54,630 bases of DNA from Parcubacteria group bacterium CG10_big_fil_rev_8_21_14_0_10_36_14 (lineage in GTDB: Bacteria > Patescibacteriota > Patescibacteriia > GCA-002772895), in contig PFCS01000006.1 in assembly GCA_002772895.1 (NCBI GenBank), forward strand, positions 1 through 54,630, given 5' to 3'. A program made the position numbers and the translations under genes. The first letter of the stretch is position 1. Every line of letters starts with the position of its first letter. The notes under the pieces are model-generated. The model was not told the DNA's origin. It saw nothing but the letters and a program-made list of their open reading frames with translations, and searched no databases. Shown in pieces: positions 45,761 through 54,494 of this stretch.

Positions 45761-45790
45761 ATAAAATAATCCGCACCTATTAGTGCGGGG
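45761..45790 (-). terminator. terminator-like hairpin
   Basis: Hairpin ccgcac-ctatta-gtgcgg, followed by T-rich sequence on the minus strand. Confidence 0.5.
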
Positions 45791-45800
45791 AAGATATGGG

Positions 45801-45995
45801 TTATTTTTTTGCGGTTTTTCGTTTTTTTAGTTGCAAGATGCACTTAGCGAGATGCACATAAGCAGTTGCGGAACAAAAGCCTGCAAAGAAATAATTAAAT
45901 ATTGTTGGCTGAAGACCCCAGCCACATAGCACCATGAGGCCTACGGATACGAGTGCAGTAGCAAGATAGACTCTCCAATGACTGCTTATAAGCAC
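45801..45995 (-). CDS. possible 2-TM small protein (64 aa from GTG; frame open 37 codons further upstream)
   Basis: Hydrophobic translation. No SD and only a GTG start. Confidence 0.3.
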   Translation of the reverse strand: MLISSHWRVYLATALVSVGLMVLCGWGLQPTIFNYFFAGFCSATAYVHLAKCILQLKKRKTAKK

Positions 45996-46103
45996 GCCAA
46001 AACATATATAGCTACCAATAAGATCGTACCCACAATTTGTAGCAGTACTATCTTCGCCTCTTTGTTTTTGTCTTGCTTTATTAAATCTTACATCTGTGTT
46101 TTT

Positions 46104-46132
46104 TTGTCAAGCCTGTCTTTGTATGGTATTAT
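46104..46132 (+). promoter_or_regulatory. candidate promoter for thpR (leaderless geometry)
   Basis: TTGTCA, 17-nt spacer, TATTAT. The -10 ends 6 nt before ATG 46139. Confidence 0.45.
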
Positions 46133-46138
46133 TTATAT

Positions 46139-46699
46139 ATGAAAAGGCGGGTATTTTTAGCTATAAACCTACCAAAAGAAATTGATAAAAAAATCAGTAC
46201 TTATTGCCTAAAATTAGCTAAAAGATTGCCAAAGAAGGGAATAAGATTTGTAGAAGAGGGGAGTAGACATATAACTCTTCATTTTTCAGGCAGTCAAACG
46301 GAAGAGAAAATAAAAAAAGTAGCTATACTTATGGAGGGCGTAGCAAAACAGTATACAGGATTTGAAATAGCAACAAAAAAGATAACCGCTTTTCCAAATG
46401 AAAAATTTCCACGGATTATTGTTCTGAGCGCAAAAAGCAGAGGAGAAGAAATAAAAAAAATTCGAGCTAATTTAGGAGACGAACTAAATAAAATCGGCAT
46501 TGAGACTGACGCGCGTTCTTGGGAAGCGCATATCAGTTTAGCAAGAATAAAGTTTGGAAAAGTAGACTTTGCCAGAATACAAAAAGAAGTGGGAGAAAAT
46601 GTAAGTTGGGTGGTAGACAGTTTTGACTTGGTTGAAAGCGAACTCACAACTGAAGGGCCAATTTATAAAATAATAAAAAAGTTTCTATTGAGCTTTTAA
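46139..46699 (+). CDS. thpR: RNA 2',3'-cyclic phosphodiesterase (2H phosphoesterase, ThpR/LigT)
   Basis: Two HxT/S motifs: RHITLHF and AHISLAR. Confidence 0.8.
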   Translation: MKRRVFLAINLPKEIDKKISTYCLKLAKRLPKKGIRFVEEGSRHITLHFSGSQTEEKIKKVAILMEGVAKQYTGFEIATKKITAFPNEKFPRIIVLSAKSRGEEIKKIRANLGDELNKIGIETDARSWEAHISLARIKFGKVDFARIQKEVGENVSWVVDSFDLVESELTTEGPIYKIIKKFLLSF

Positions 46700-46709
46700 T
46701 TTATACGAT

Positions 46710-47429
46710 ATGAAAATTTTAGGTGTAAGGATAGATGAAATGGGAGAAAAGGAGGTTTTGGAAAAATGTAAAAGCGCAATAACAGAAGGCAGAAGACTTT
46801 TTATCACAACGCCAAACCCGGAGATACTCCTTTTGGCAAATAAGGATGAGGATTTTAAAAAAATATTAAATAGCGCTGACATAAATATTCCGGATGGGGT
46901 AGGGCTTAAGCTTGGCGCAAAAATAAAAAGAAAAAAATTGAATTATCATTTGACGGGAACGGATTTGATGGGACATTTGGCAAAGATGGCAGAAGAAATG
47001 GGGCTTGGAATATATTTATTAGGGGCAGAGCAGGGAATAGCAAGAAAAGCCGGACAAAATTTGAAAAAAATTTTACCAAGTTTAAATATCATTGGCGCGG
47101 AGTCCGGTGGCAAGTTTGAAAGTTGGGATAACCGCGTAATAATAGAACATATAAACGCAGTAAAGCCGGATATTTTGTTTATAGCGTTAGGGCAAGGTAA
47201 ACAAGAAAGATGGATTTTTGCAAATTTACCAAATCTTAAGAGTATAAAAATTGTAATTGGCGTTGGTGGAGCATTTGATTTTTATTCTGGACGTATTCCA
47301 CGCGCGCCAAAATGGATGAGACAACTGGGGCTGGAGTGGTTATATAGGCTATCTCGCGAACCAAGCCGATGGAAAAGAATTTTTAATGCAGTTATAGTTT
47401 TTCCGATTGTTTGTTTAATAAAAAAATAA
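46710..47429 (+). CDS. WecG/TagA/CpsF-family glycosyltransferase
   Basis: ITTPNPEILLLA, PDGVGL and GVGGAFDFYSGRIPRAPKWM..GLEWLYRL motifs. Confidence 0.8.
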   Translation: MKILGVRIDEMGEKEVLEKCKSAITEGRRLFITTPNPEILLLANKDEDFKKILNSADINIPDGVGLKLGAKIKRKKLNYHLTGTDLMGHLAKMAEEMGLGIYLLGAEQGIARKAGQNLKKILPSLNIIGAESGGKFESWDNRVIIEHINAVKPDILFIALGQGKQERWIFANLPNLKSIKIVIGVGGAFDFYSGRIPRAPKWMRQLGLEWLYRLSREPSRWKRIFNAVIVFPIVCLIKK

Positions 47430-47430
47430 T

Positions 47431-48900
47431 ATGTCAATATTTGGTCCAAAAATAAAAGTCAGATTTGCGCCGTCACCAACGGGGTTTTTGCATATTGGAG
47501 GACTTCGCACCGCGCTTTATAATTATCTTTTTGCTAAAAAAAATAAAGGAAGTTTTATCTTACGTATTGAAGACACTGACGCAAAACGAAAAGTAGAGGG
47601 TGGAGTGGAAAACATTATCAATACTTTGCGTTCCTGTGAATTAAACTATGATGAAGGACCTGAAATTGGCGGGAAAAATGGTCCGTATGTTCAGTCGGAG
47701 CGCTTGCCAATTTATAAACATTACGTAGAACAGCTGATTGAAAAAGGAACTGCATATTATTGTTTTTGTACTCCGGAAAAACTGGAAAAAGAAAAGAAAA
47801 AACAACAAGACGAAAAATTGCCGACAAAATACAGTGGACATTGTACAAAAAATATAAGAGAAGATGCGAAAAAGCGGGTAAAAGAAGGCGAAAAATATGT
47901 AATTAGACTCAATGTTCCGGAAAGTGGAAATACAGAGTTTGAAGATGAGGTTTATGGAAAAATATCGGTAAAAAATCAACTAATAGATCATCAAGTTTTA
48001 CTAAAATCAGATGGATTTCCAACTTATCATTTAGCAAATGTGATTGATGATCATCTAATGGGGATAACTCATGTAATCAGGGGAGAGGAGTGGCTTCCTT
48101 CTACGCCAAAGCATATACTTTTATACAAAGCTTTGGGCTGGAACGCGCCAAAATTCGCCCATCTTCCGCTATTATTAAATCCGGATAAAAGTAAACTTTC
48201 AAAAAGACAAGGAGATGTAGCGGTAGAGGATTATCTAAAAAAAGGATATTTACCCGAAGCTCTGATAAATTTTGTCGCTCTTTTAGGGTGGAACCCAAAA
48301 GGAGACCAAGAAGTTTATACGTTAAAAGAATTTATTCGTTATTTCGACTTAAAGTCAATAAACAAAAGTGGATCTGTATTAAATAAAGAAAAATTGGATT
48401 GGATGAATGGCGAATATATAAAAAGAAAATCGCTAAAAGAGCTGGTAGAACTTTGCAAGCCATATTTGGTGGATGCCGGACTCATAACAGAAAAAACAGA
48501 TAAAAAACTAATAGAAAAAATTGTAAAAATAGAACAGGAAAGAATTAAAACTTTGCAAGAGATAACCGAGGGCGCAGGACTTTTCTTTAAAAAATCGGAT
48601 TATAGTGCTGACTTATTGGTTTGGAAAAAGTCTGACAAAAAACAAACAAAAATAATTTTGGAAAAATTGTTAAAATTTTTAAAAACCGTGCCCAATGGAA
48701 AGTTTGAACAGGAAAAATTGGAAAAAGAAACAAAAAAATGGTTAAAAAAAGAAAATATCAGCACAGGGGATGCGCTCTGGCCAATGAGAACAGCTTTATC
48801 AGGACAAAAAGCCTCTCCTTCGCCTTTTGAGCTGGCTTGGGCATTAGGTAAAGAAGAAACCATAAAGAGAATAGATTGTGCCATCACTAAATTAAAATAG
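47431..48900 (+). CDS. gltX: glutamate--tRNA ligase
   Basis: FAPSPTGFLHIGGLRTAL (HIGH motif) and KLSKR (KMSKS motif). Confidence 0.9.
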   Translation: MSIFGPKIKVRFAPSPTGFLHIGGLRTALYNYLFAKKNKGSFILRIEDTDAKRKVEGGVENIINTLRSCELNYDEGPEIGGKNGPYVQSERLPIYKHYVEQLIEKGTAYYCFCTPEKLEKEKKKQQDEKLPTKYSGHCTKNIREDAKKRVKEGEKYVIRLNVPESGNTEFEDEVYGKISVKNQLIDHQVLLKSDGFPTYHLANVIDDHLMGITHVIRGEEWLPSTPKHILLYKALGWNAPKFAHLPLLLNPDKSKLSKRQGDVAVEDYLKKGYLPEALINFVALLGWNPKGDQEVYTLKEFIRYFDLKSINKSGSVLNKEKLDWMNGEYIKRKSLKELVELCKPYLVDAGLITEKTDKKLIEKIVKIEQERIKTLQEITEGAGLFFKKSDYSADLLVWKKSDKKQTKIILEKLLKFLKTVPNGKFEQEKLEKETKKWLKKENISTGDALWPMRTALSGQKASPSPFELAWALGKEETIKRIDCAITKLK

Positions 48901-48912
48901 TCTTGCATTGTT

Positions 48913-50130
48913 ATGAAAAAAGTATTTCGTTGTCTAATTATTTTACTGTTGGCGATTACATTGATAATGCCAAGTTTTGTAATTGCTGCGGAAAAAGATG
49001 ACCTCATAAATTTGAGCGACGAAATAAATAATAAAAAAGATAAGCTTGACGCGTTACAGAAGAACCTTGATTATTATAAAAATCAGATTGATATGGCAAG
49101 AAAAAGCGCGGTAACACTAAAAAATCAAATAGATCTTACTGAGAACCACATAAAAAAGACTGAGTTGGAAATTCAGGAAGCGGAGATAAAGATTGATAAA
49201 TTGGAACTCGAGATGTTGGGTATTAATAATGAAATAGATGGCACCCAAAAGAAGATTGAATTGCAAAAAGATTTGGTCGGATATTATCTACGCGAGATAA
49301 ACAGGCTTTCCAGCAAATCGCCTTTAGAAATAATTCTTGTGCACCCTTCTTTTTCTCTTTTTTTCAGTGAAGTAAAGTATTTTGAAGATTTACAGAATAA
49401 CTTGGGTACGTCGCTAAAAAATTTGAAAGACCTACACTCACGTCTGGAAGATAAGCAAAAAGAACTGAAGCAGAAAAAAGACGATACACTTTCGATTAAA
49501 AACGATCTGGAAGACAGACGTGGAAAACTTGAAGCTCAAAAAACAGCAAAAACTTTTTACATTGGACAAACGTTTGCTTCGGAATCAAAATTTCAGGCTT
49601 TGTTAATCGAAGCTCAAAAAGAACAACAAGACCTTGATGCAGAAATAGGACGCTTAGAAAAAGATATCCGAGAAAAATTAAATCAAAACGACTTGTTCCC
49701 ATATGGCGGCAATATTGTTTTTACTTGGCCAATCGAAAAAAATAAAATAACCGCTTTCTTTCATGATCCGGATTATCCGTACCGCTACTTATATGAGCAC
49801 CCGGGTATAGATATACGCGCTATTCAAGGTACGGCGATTGTAGCGCCGGCGCCAGGCTATGTATTAAAGGTGCGCAATCAAAATAGCTCACGCATATATA
49901 ATTATATAGTATTGGTTCATGCCGGTGGGGCATCAACCGTTTATATTCATTTATCCCAAGTCTATGTTGAAGCGGATACTTATGTTTCGCGTGGACAATT
50001 AATCGGCCGTACAGGCGGAACGCCTGGAACGAGGGGAGCGGGTTTGTTTACAACAGGGCCACACTTGCATTTTGAGGTTCGCTTAAACGGTATACCGGTA
50101 AATCCGTTAGACTATTTGGTAAACCTATAA
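48913..50130 (+). CDS. M23-family peptidoglycan endopeptidase with coiled-coil N-domain (EnvC-like)
   Basis: Signal/TM segment and long coiled coil, with HPGIDI and GPHLHFEV motifs. Confidence 0.85.
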   Translation: MKKVFRCLIILLLAITLIMPSFVIAAEKDDLINLSDEINNKKDKLDALQKNLDYYKNQIDMARKSAVTLKNQIDLTENHIKKTELEIQEAEIKIDKLELEMLGINNEIDGTQKKIELQKDLVGYYLREINRLSSKSPLEIILVHPSFSLFFSEVKYFEDLQNNLGTSLKNLKDLHSRLEDKQKELKQKKDDTLSIKNDLEDRRGKLEAQKTAKTFYIGQTFASESKFQALLIEAQKEQQDLDAEIGRLEKDIREKLNQNDLFPYGGNIVFTWPIEKNKITAFFHDPDYPYRYLYEHPGIDIRAIQGTAIVAPAPGYVLKVRNQNSSRIYNYIVLVHAGGASTVYIHLSQVYVEADTYVSRGQLIGRTGGTPGTRGAGLFTTGPHLHFEVRLNGIPVNPLDYLVNL

Positions 50131-50194
50131 AGAATGATACTTTTTTAAAAAACAAAATTTATTCGCTAAGAAAGGTGAATCGGATTTTTAATTA

Positions 50195-50208
50195 TTTTGC
50201 GACGCTAT
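50195..50208. repeat. ttttgcgacgctat motif, left copy
   Basis: 10 nt (gcgacgctat) are the exact reverse complement of 50424-50433. 11 nt (ttttgcgacgc) repeat directly at 50444-50454. Confidence 0.6.
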
Positions 50209-50385
50209 GTGATTATGAATCTTTAGCAGAGCAGAGGAACGTATTATCTTCTTTGGTAATGCTTGGTAATGCAAAGATATATTATCTCGGCTTTTCCGGA
50301 ATATACTAGTACAAAAGATATATAGTATTTTGTAAATTTGTAAACAAGAGTATATAAGACGGATGATGTAGGTATAGACATCGAT

Positions 50386-50413
50386 AATAGGTAAGAAGTA
50401 TTACCTGTTTTTT
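50386..50413 (+). terminator. terminator-like hairpin inside the long spacer
   Basis: Hairpin aggtaa-gaagta-ttacct followed by gtttttt. Confidence 0.4.
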
Positions 50414-50423
50414 AATCTTTGAT

Positions 50424-50454
50424 ATAGCGTCGCAGAATATACCTTTTGCGACGC
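50424..50454. repeat. gcgtcgc/gcgacgc hairpin (right copies of the motif)
   Basis: atagcgtcgc...ttttgcgacgc: a 7-bp stem with a 14-nt loop. Confidence 0.6.
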
Positions 50455-50469
50455 AACAAAAAGGTCAAT

Positions 50470-50492
50470 ATAAAACCCCGTGTCTTAGGGGT
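50470..50492 (-). terminator. weak terminator ~80 nt after the ftsQ-like gene
   Basis: Hairpin acccc-8 nt-ggggt, followed by tttta on the minus strand. Confidence 0.4.
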
Positions 50493-50571
50493 CGTGGATG
50501 ATTGGACAAAGTCTGTGTTCGTTTTCCTATCACCCCATTTCGTCAGCCGGTGTTTGCATAATACATCATAC

Positions 50572-51492
50572 TTATTTTATATATACATTATCTCCAAATC
50601 TAAGGTCAATATATTCTAATGGTTTATTTACATCCTTTATTTTATTATTAAAGGCCAGGTATAGCTTGTAGAACTGCCTTTCGCCATCTTCTTCGTCATT
50701 TAGATATATTTGCCAACCGTTATTAACGTAAACAATAATTTTTGCAGTTGTTTTATTTTTAAAAATTAAAACAGCTTCGGTTTTAATCGGCATACGGGTT
50801 TCTACTTCATCTATGAACTGAATGATGATTCCGAATACTTTATCAGCCGGGTACTTATCGCCCACTGAGACGTCTTTGCTATAATAAGCGTCGCAAAATA
50901 TAGGATAGCTTGGAAGTGCTTCTTCTTTTGTGTTGGCTAGTATTTTTTCTTTATCAATTGTTGCGTTGCCTGCTGTGCTGGTTGCAAAGTCTTCTTCAGT
51001 ATCTTCGTTTGCAATAAACCAGTTGTCTATTCCCTCTTTTATGCTTAGCACAGTTCTGTCAGCTGATAGGATATATATTTTATTTTTGTTATATACTGCC
51101 AGCTTTTGTTGTTTTTCTTTTAGGTTTATTATTATTTTATGCGGATAATATTTTTCTACGGAAATGCTATCGAATATATAGTTTGAAGAAAGCTCTTTTT
51201 GCAAATCTTTACTGTTGAAAGTAATAATATTTGAATAGCTGAATAATCCCATTTTCTTTTGCTTGAAAAATGATTCTATTGAAGACTCTACTTCTGCTTT
51301 GTCATAATTTTCTATACCCCGTGTTTCCCAGTCATTTATATAGAATGTTTGTGATATCAGTAAAAAATAAATCCAGGCGCAGATAGTAAGTCCTAACATT
51401 ATTAGACTATAATAAAAACGGCTGGTTTTCGGCTGTTTTTTCTTGCGAAAGTATGGATTTTGTATTTTGCGAGGATGGAGTACCTTTGACAT
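50572..51492 (-). CDS. FtsQ/DivIB-like cell-division protein (TM + POTRA)
   Basis: Basic N-terminus, one TM helix, and a POTRA-like segment (INDWETRGIENYDKAEVES...YPHKIIINLKEKQ). Confidence 0.55.
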   Translation of the reverse strand: MSKVLHPRKIQNPYFRKKKQPKTSRFYYSLIMLGLTICAWIYFLLISQTFYINDWETRGIENYDKAEVESSIESFFKQKKMGLFSYSNIITFNSKDLQKELSSNYIFDSISVEKYYPHKIIINLKEKQQKLAVYNKNKIYILSADRTVLSIKEGIDNWFIANEDTEEDFATSTAGNATIDKEKILANTKEEALPSYPIFCDAYYSKDVSVGDKYPADKVFGIIIQFIDEVETRMPIKTEAVLIFKNKTTAKIIVYVNNGWQIYLNDEEDGERQFYKLYLAFNNKIKDVNKPLEYIDLRFGDNVYIK

Positions 51493-51521
51493 AAGTCAAA
51501 AACAAATATTTAGCCTGTATA

Positions 51522-52691
51522 TTATACAATGACGCGTTTTATAAGGGGGTTAATGCGGGTCATAACTTCGTAATTGATGGTGTCTATTTTTTTTGCCAAC
51601 TCTTCGGCTGTTATTTCGTTTCCTAATAGGATTACTTCATCAAATAATTTTACCTTTGGGGGGGTGTCGGTAATGTCTATAATCGTCATATTCATACAAA
51701 CTCTGCCTAATACCTTGGCGCGTTTCCCGGATACGAGCGTTTCGCCAATACTGGAAAGTCCGCGATCATAACCGTCCCAATAGCCAATAGGTATAATACC
51801 GATACGAGAATTGCGTTTTACGCGTTCTGTGAGCCCATAGCTTACGGGGGTTTTTGCGGATAAGTTCTTTATTTGCGCAATGCGGGTTTTCCATGTTAGC
51901 GCAGGCTTTAAGGTTAGATTTACATTTTTTTGTTTTGCTATGGCCTCTGCTTCATGAGAAGACCAGTGTCCGTAAAGTGATATGCCGGCACGCACCATAT
52001 CAAAATGCGTTTCTGGATAATTGATTATTGCCGCACTGCAGGCAGAATGTTTTATTGGAATATGAATACCAAGAGACTCGATACTCTTTATGTTTTTATG
52101 AAATTTTTTGAGCTGTTCCATTGCATAGCTCGGATCTGTTGTGTCTTCTATATTTGCATAATGAGTATATATCCCCTCTATGAAAATATTCTTGTTTTTA
52201 TTAGCTTTTTTTACAAAGTTAATAAGCTCTTCATTTGCTATCCCCTGTCGAGATGTTCCGGTTTCTACTTTGATATGAATTTTTAATTTTTTATTTTTGA
52301 AGTTCGCATTGTATTTGCCGGAGTCTTTTTCTAAATATTTTAACAATTCATTATTATACGCGACAATGCTGACGTTGTTTTTTATGCACTCCCCTATTCG
52401 GTCAAATGGCACATACCCCAAAACCAAAATAGGCATCCTATTTTTTTGTTTGCGTAAAAACATTGCTTCGTCAAAAGAATCAACACCACACCAATCAACT
52501 AATTTGCTTTGAATACAAATAGTGTTCATCTCTCTTAGCCCATGGCCGTATGCGTTGGACTTTAACACCGCCATAAATAACGGCTTCCTCCCCCTTTGTG
52601 AAAGGGGGTCTGGGGGGGACTTTAGCAAAGATTTCAATGCTTTGATATTATGCAAAATATTCTTTTTTGATATTTCAATCCATGTTTTCAT
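51522..52691 (-). CDS. alr: alanine racemase
   Basis: PLP-lysine motif AVLKSNAYGHG. Carries the in-frame GC-rich insert SPPDPLSQRGRKP just before it. Confidence 0.9.
   Translation of the reverse strand: MKTWIEISKKNILHNIKALKSLLKSPPDPLSQRGRKPLFMAVLKSNAYGHGLREMNTICIQSKLVDWCGVDSFDEAMFLRKQKNRMPILVLGYVPFDRIGECIKNNVSIVAYNNELLKYLEKDSGKYNANFKNKKLKIHIKVETGTSRQGIANEELINFVKKANKNKNIFIEGIYTHYANIEDTTDPSYAMEQLKKFHKNIKSIESLGIHIPIKHSACSAAIINYPETHFDMVRAGISLYGHWSSHEAEAIAKQKNVNLTLKPALTWKTRIAQIKNLSAKTPVSYGLTERVKRNSRIGIIPIGYWDGYDRGLSSIGETLVSGKRAKVLGRVCMNMTIIDITDTPPKVKLFDEVILLGNEITAEELAKKIDTINYEVMTRINPLIKRVIV
52588..52619 (+). repeat. GC-rich hairpin element, copy C (in frame inside alr, opposite gene orientation)
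   Basis: 8-bp stem cccccttt-gtg-aaaggggg followed by tctggggggga. Confidence 0.7.
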
Positions 52692-52776
52692 ATATTATAT
52701 ATCTTAACATAAATTGGCGCATTGTTAAAGACACATCAAGGAATGGTGTTTTTTCTTGTGTTAAGTTCGCTCCTTA

Positions 52777-52809
52777 ATAAAAAAACGCTCCGATATGTTT
52801 ATCGGAGCG
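52777..52809 (-). terminator. intrinsic terminator
   Basis: Hairpin cgctccgat-atgttt-atcggagcg with a T-run on the minus strand. Confidence 0.65.
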
Positions 52810-52820
52810 CGGGTGAAGCT

Positions 52821-52991
52821 CTACTTCTCGCACTTCTTGTTGGGTGGCCGGAGCTCGCAAACCATCTCTGCGCTACTCAGGTGATACCAGTTTCCCTCAA
52901 ACTGGTATCGGTAGCCTTGCACCTCCACCATTTCGAGTTTTCCGGTTGCCTTTCGCAGTACGGAATAAAATCCCTCATTCGGCTTTTCCAT
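52821..52991 (-). CDS. orphan small protein, 56 aa
   Basis: GGGAGA SD before ATG 52991. The ORF-track start at 53069 lies inside the upstream terminator. Translation begins MEKPNEGFYSVLRK. Confidence 0.55.
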   Translation of the reverse strand: MEKPNEGFYSVLRKATGKLEMVEVQGYRYQFEGNWYHLSSAEMVCELRPPNKKCEK

Positions 52992-53021
52992 TGAGTGTCT
53001 CCCTTTTTTGAACTTGAGGAG

Positions 53022-53050
53022 AGTATAGCACACTTTAAGGGTTTTGTCAA
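53022..53050 (-). promoter_or_regulatory. consensus sigma70 promoter
   Basis: Minus strand reads TTGACA, 17-nt spacer, TATACT. Confidence 0.6.
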
Positions 53051-53083
53051 GGATAAATAAACGCCTCATATGTTATGAGGCGT
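53051..53083 (-). terminator. intrinsic terminator
   Basis: Hairpin acgcctcat-atgtt-atgaggcgt, followed by T-rich sequence on the minus strand. Confidence 0.6.
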
Positions 53084-53092
53084 AAGGGGTGT

Positions 53093-53281
53093 TTACTTTT
53101 TTTCTATTTTTTCTCCTTGTCTGAGAGAGCTTGGAATCCAGTTTCCGCTAGACCACATTCGCTCTAGTTTTTCTCTGATTTCTTCCTCTGGCGTATCCAA
53201 AGGAGCATCAATGTGGAAATTGCCGGAAAAGCAGGTTTCGTAGTGCCACCGTCTGAGAAACGTTGGTTTTATTTCGAACAT
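53093..53281 (-). CDS. orphan small protein, 62 aa
   Basis: AGGAGGAGAGG sits directly before the ATG, 12 nt after the upstream stop. Confidence 0.55.
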   Translation of the reverse strand: MFEIKPTFLRRWHYETCFSGNFHIDAPLDTPEEEIREKLERMWSSGNWIPSSLRQGEKIEKK

Positions 53282-53293
53282 CCTCTCCTCCTT

Positions 53294-53848
53294 TTAGCTG
53301 AGTAGCTCGTGAAGCGGAACAGAGCGACTGGCTTTATTCCATTCTTCAATTGCTAGAACGACGTCTTCCATGGCGGGGATCATTACGATGTCGCAAAGAG
53401 CCATGATATCGTTTTCGTCGTTGATATCTTCCATTAGAGCAATCACTCTGCGGAGATCGTCTAGCGGAAGAAAAGCGCCGTTTGAATATTCCGGATAAAT
53501 GGTTTGCGGGCAAAAATCTTTAAATCGCGTATAAAATAACCGAATACGTAGTTTGTTTGCATTATTTTTTTTGTTTTCCGCAGAGCAATACGCCTGCATA
53601 AAAAACCAGTATGTTGCTACAATCCGGGTCATTTCTTCTTCTGTTGCGTCAATCTCAAAGGTATCTTTTACGATGGAATAGTCCGGCGACTCAAGAACGA
53701 TTCTATCTGAGCCGAGGAGCCTGATATTATATGAAAGATTTCCAATACCTCCAAAAAACATCCACAGAAAGCGCGGAAGCGAAACCTCGTATCTGCTTAA
53801 ATATGGCTGTTCGTTTGGCTTTTCTCTCCTACAAAATACCTGTACCAT
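53294..53848 (-). CDS. orphan protein, 184 aa
   Basis: AAAGGAGAAGGGGAG before ATG 53848. The ORF-track start at 53911 overlaps the -35 box. Confidence 0.6.
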   Translation of the reverse strand: MVQVFCRREKPNEQPYLSRYEVSLPRFLWMFFGGIGNLSYNIRLLGSDRIVLESPDYSIVKDTFEIDATEEEMTRIVATYWFFMQAYCSAENKKNNANKLRIRLFYTRFKDFCPQTIYPEYSNGAFLPLDDLRRVIALMEDINDENDIMALCDIVMIPAMEDVVLAIEEWNKASRSVPLHELLS

Positions 53849-53882
53849 CTCCCCTTCTCCTTTAATGAACGTTATTAAGGCG

Positions 53883-53911
53883 ATTTTAGCATATTTTAGC
53901 CATTTTGTCAA
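53883..53911 (-). promoter_or_regulatory. consensus sigma70 promoter
   Basis: Minus strand reads TTGACA, 17-nt spacer, TAAAAT. Confidence 0.65.
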
Positions 53912-54023
53912 GAGACGGATTTAGCAATAGAGTTTTTTGTTAAAAAAAGTAATTCCGACTAAACTAGTAAGAATTACTTTGAAGAATATGGGGATATAGG
54001 GAGAGTGGCGGTTTGTGTGGCTG

Positions 54024-54422
54024 TTATTCGGTTGTTTTGCCGTCAAAGTCCGGTGAGTCGGCTTCGGCTTCCGCTTTAGTCGCGCGTAAGATGCCATCTT
54101 TGTGGTGCGCAGGTGAATAAATAGTATAGAGTTTTAATTCTTTATCTCCCGAAACATTTATTACGTTATGCTCCGCGCCTGCCGGAACAACTACAGCGTC
54201 GCCGTCGGCCACATCATATTCGTTTCCATCGATTATAACCTTGCCGTTCCCCGCCTCAAAGCGGAAAAATTGGTCGTTATCCGTATGGACTTCCATTCCG
54301 ATTTCTTCGTTTGGAGCAAGCGCCATTAAAACTAGCTGGCTATGCTGGCCGGAATATAAAACTTTTCGGAAGTTTGTATTTTCTAAAGTCAACTTTTCAA
54401 TATTGTCTTTAAATCCTTTCAT
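54024..54422 (-). CDS. cupin-domain protein
   Basis: Cupin_2-like beta-barrel motifs (EVHTDNDQFFRFEAGNG, GDAVVVPAGAEHNVIN). Confidence 0.75.
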   Translation of the reverse strand: MKGFKDNIEKLTLENTNFRKVLYSGQHSQLVLMALAPNEEIGMEVHTDNDQFFRFEAGNGKVIIDGNEYDVADGDAVVVPAGAEHNVINVSGDKELKLYTIYSPAHHKDGILRATKAEAEADSPDFDGKTTE

Positions 54423-54469
54423 ATTTTTGTGAGTTATTTATTAGTTAATTATCCCCTTTTTATATGGGT

Positions 54470-54478
54470 ATTATAGCA
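54470..54478 (-). promoter_or_regulatory. extended -10 element (TGcTATAAT) for the cupin gene
   Basis: Minus strand reads TGCTATAAT ~48 nt upstream of the ATG. No good -35. Confidence 0.35.
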
Positions 54479-54494
54479 AAGATTGCGGGAACCG

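Noticed and set aside
42762-46000. Calling the pyrD-pyrC-orphan region a compositional (HGT) island
   Set aside because: Hand counts give only ~44% GC, and individual 60-nt lines in clearly native genes (clpB, alaS, rpoA) also reach 48-55%. The signal is not clearly above local variance, unlike 39001-39840.
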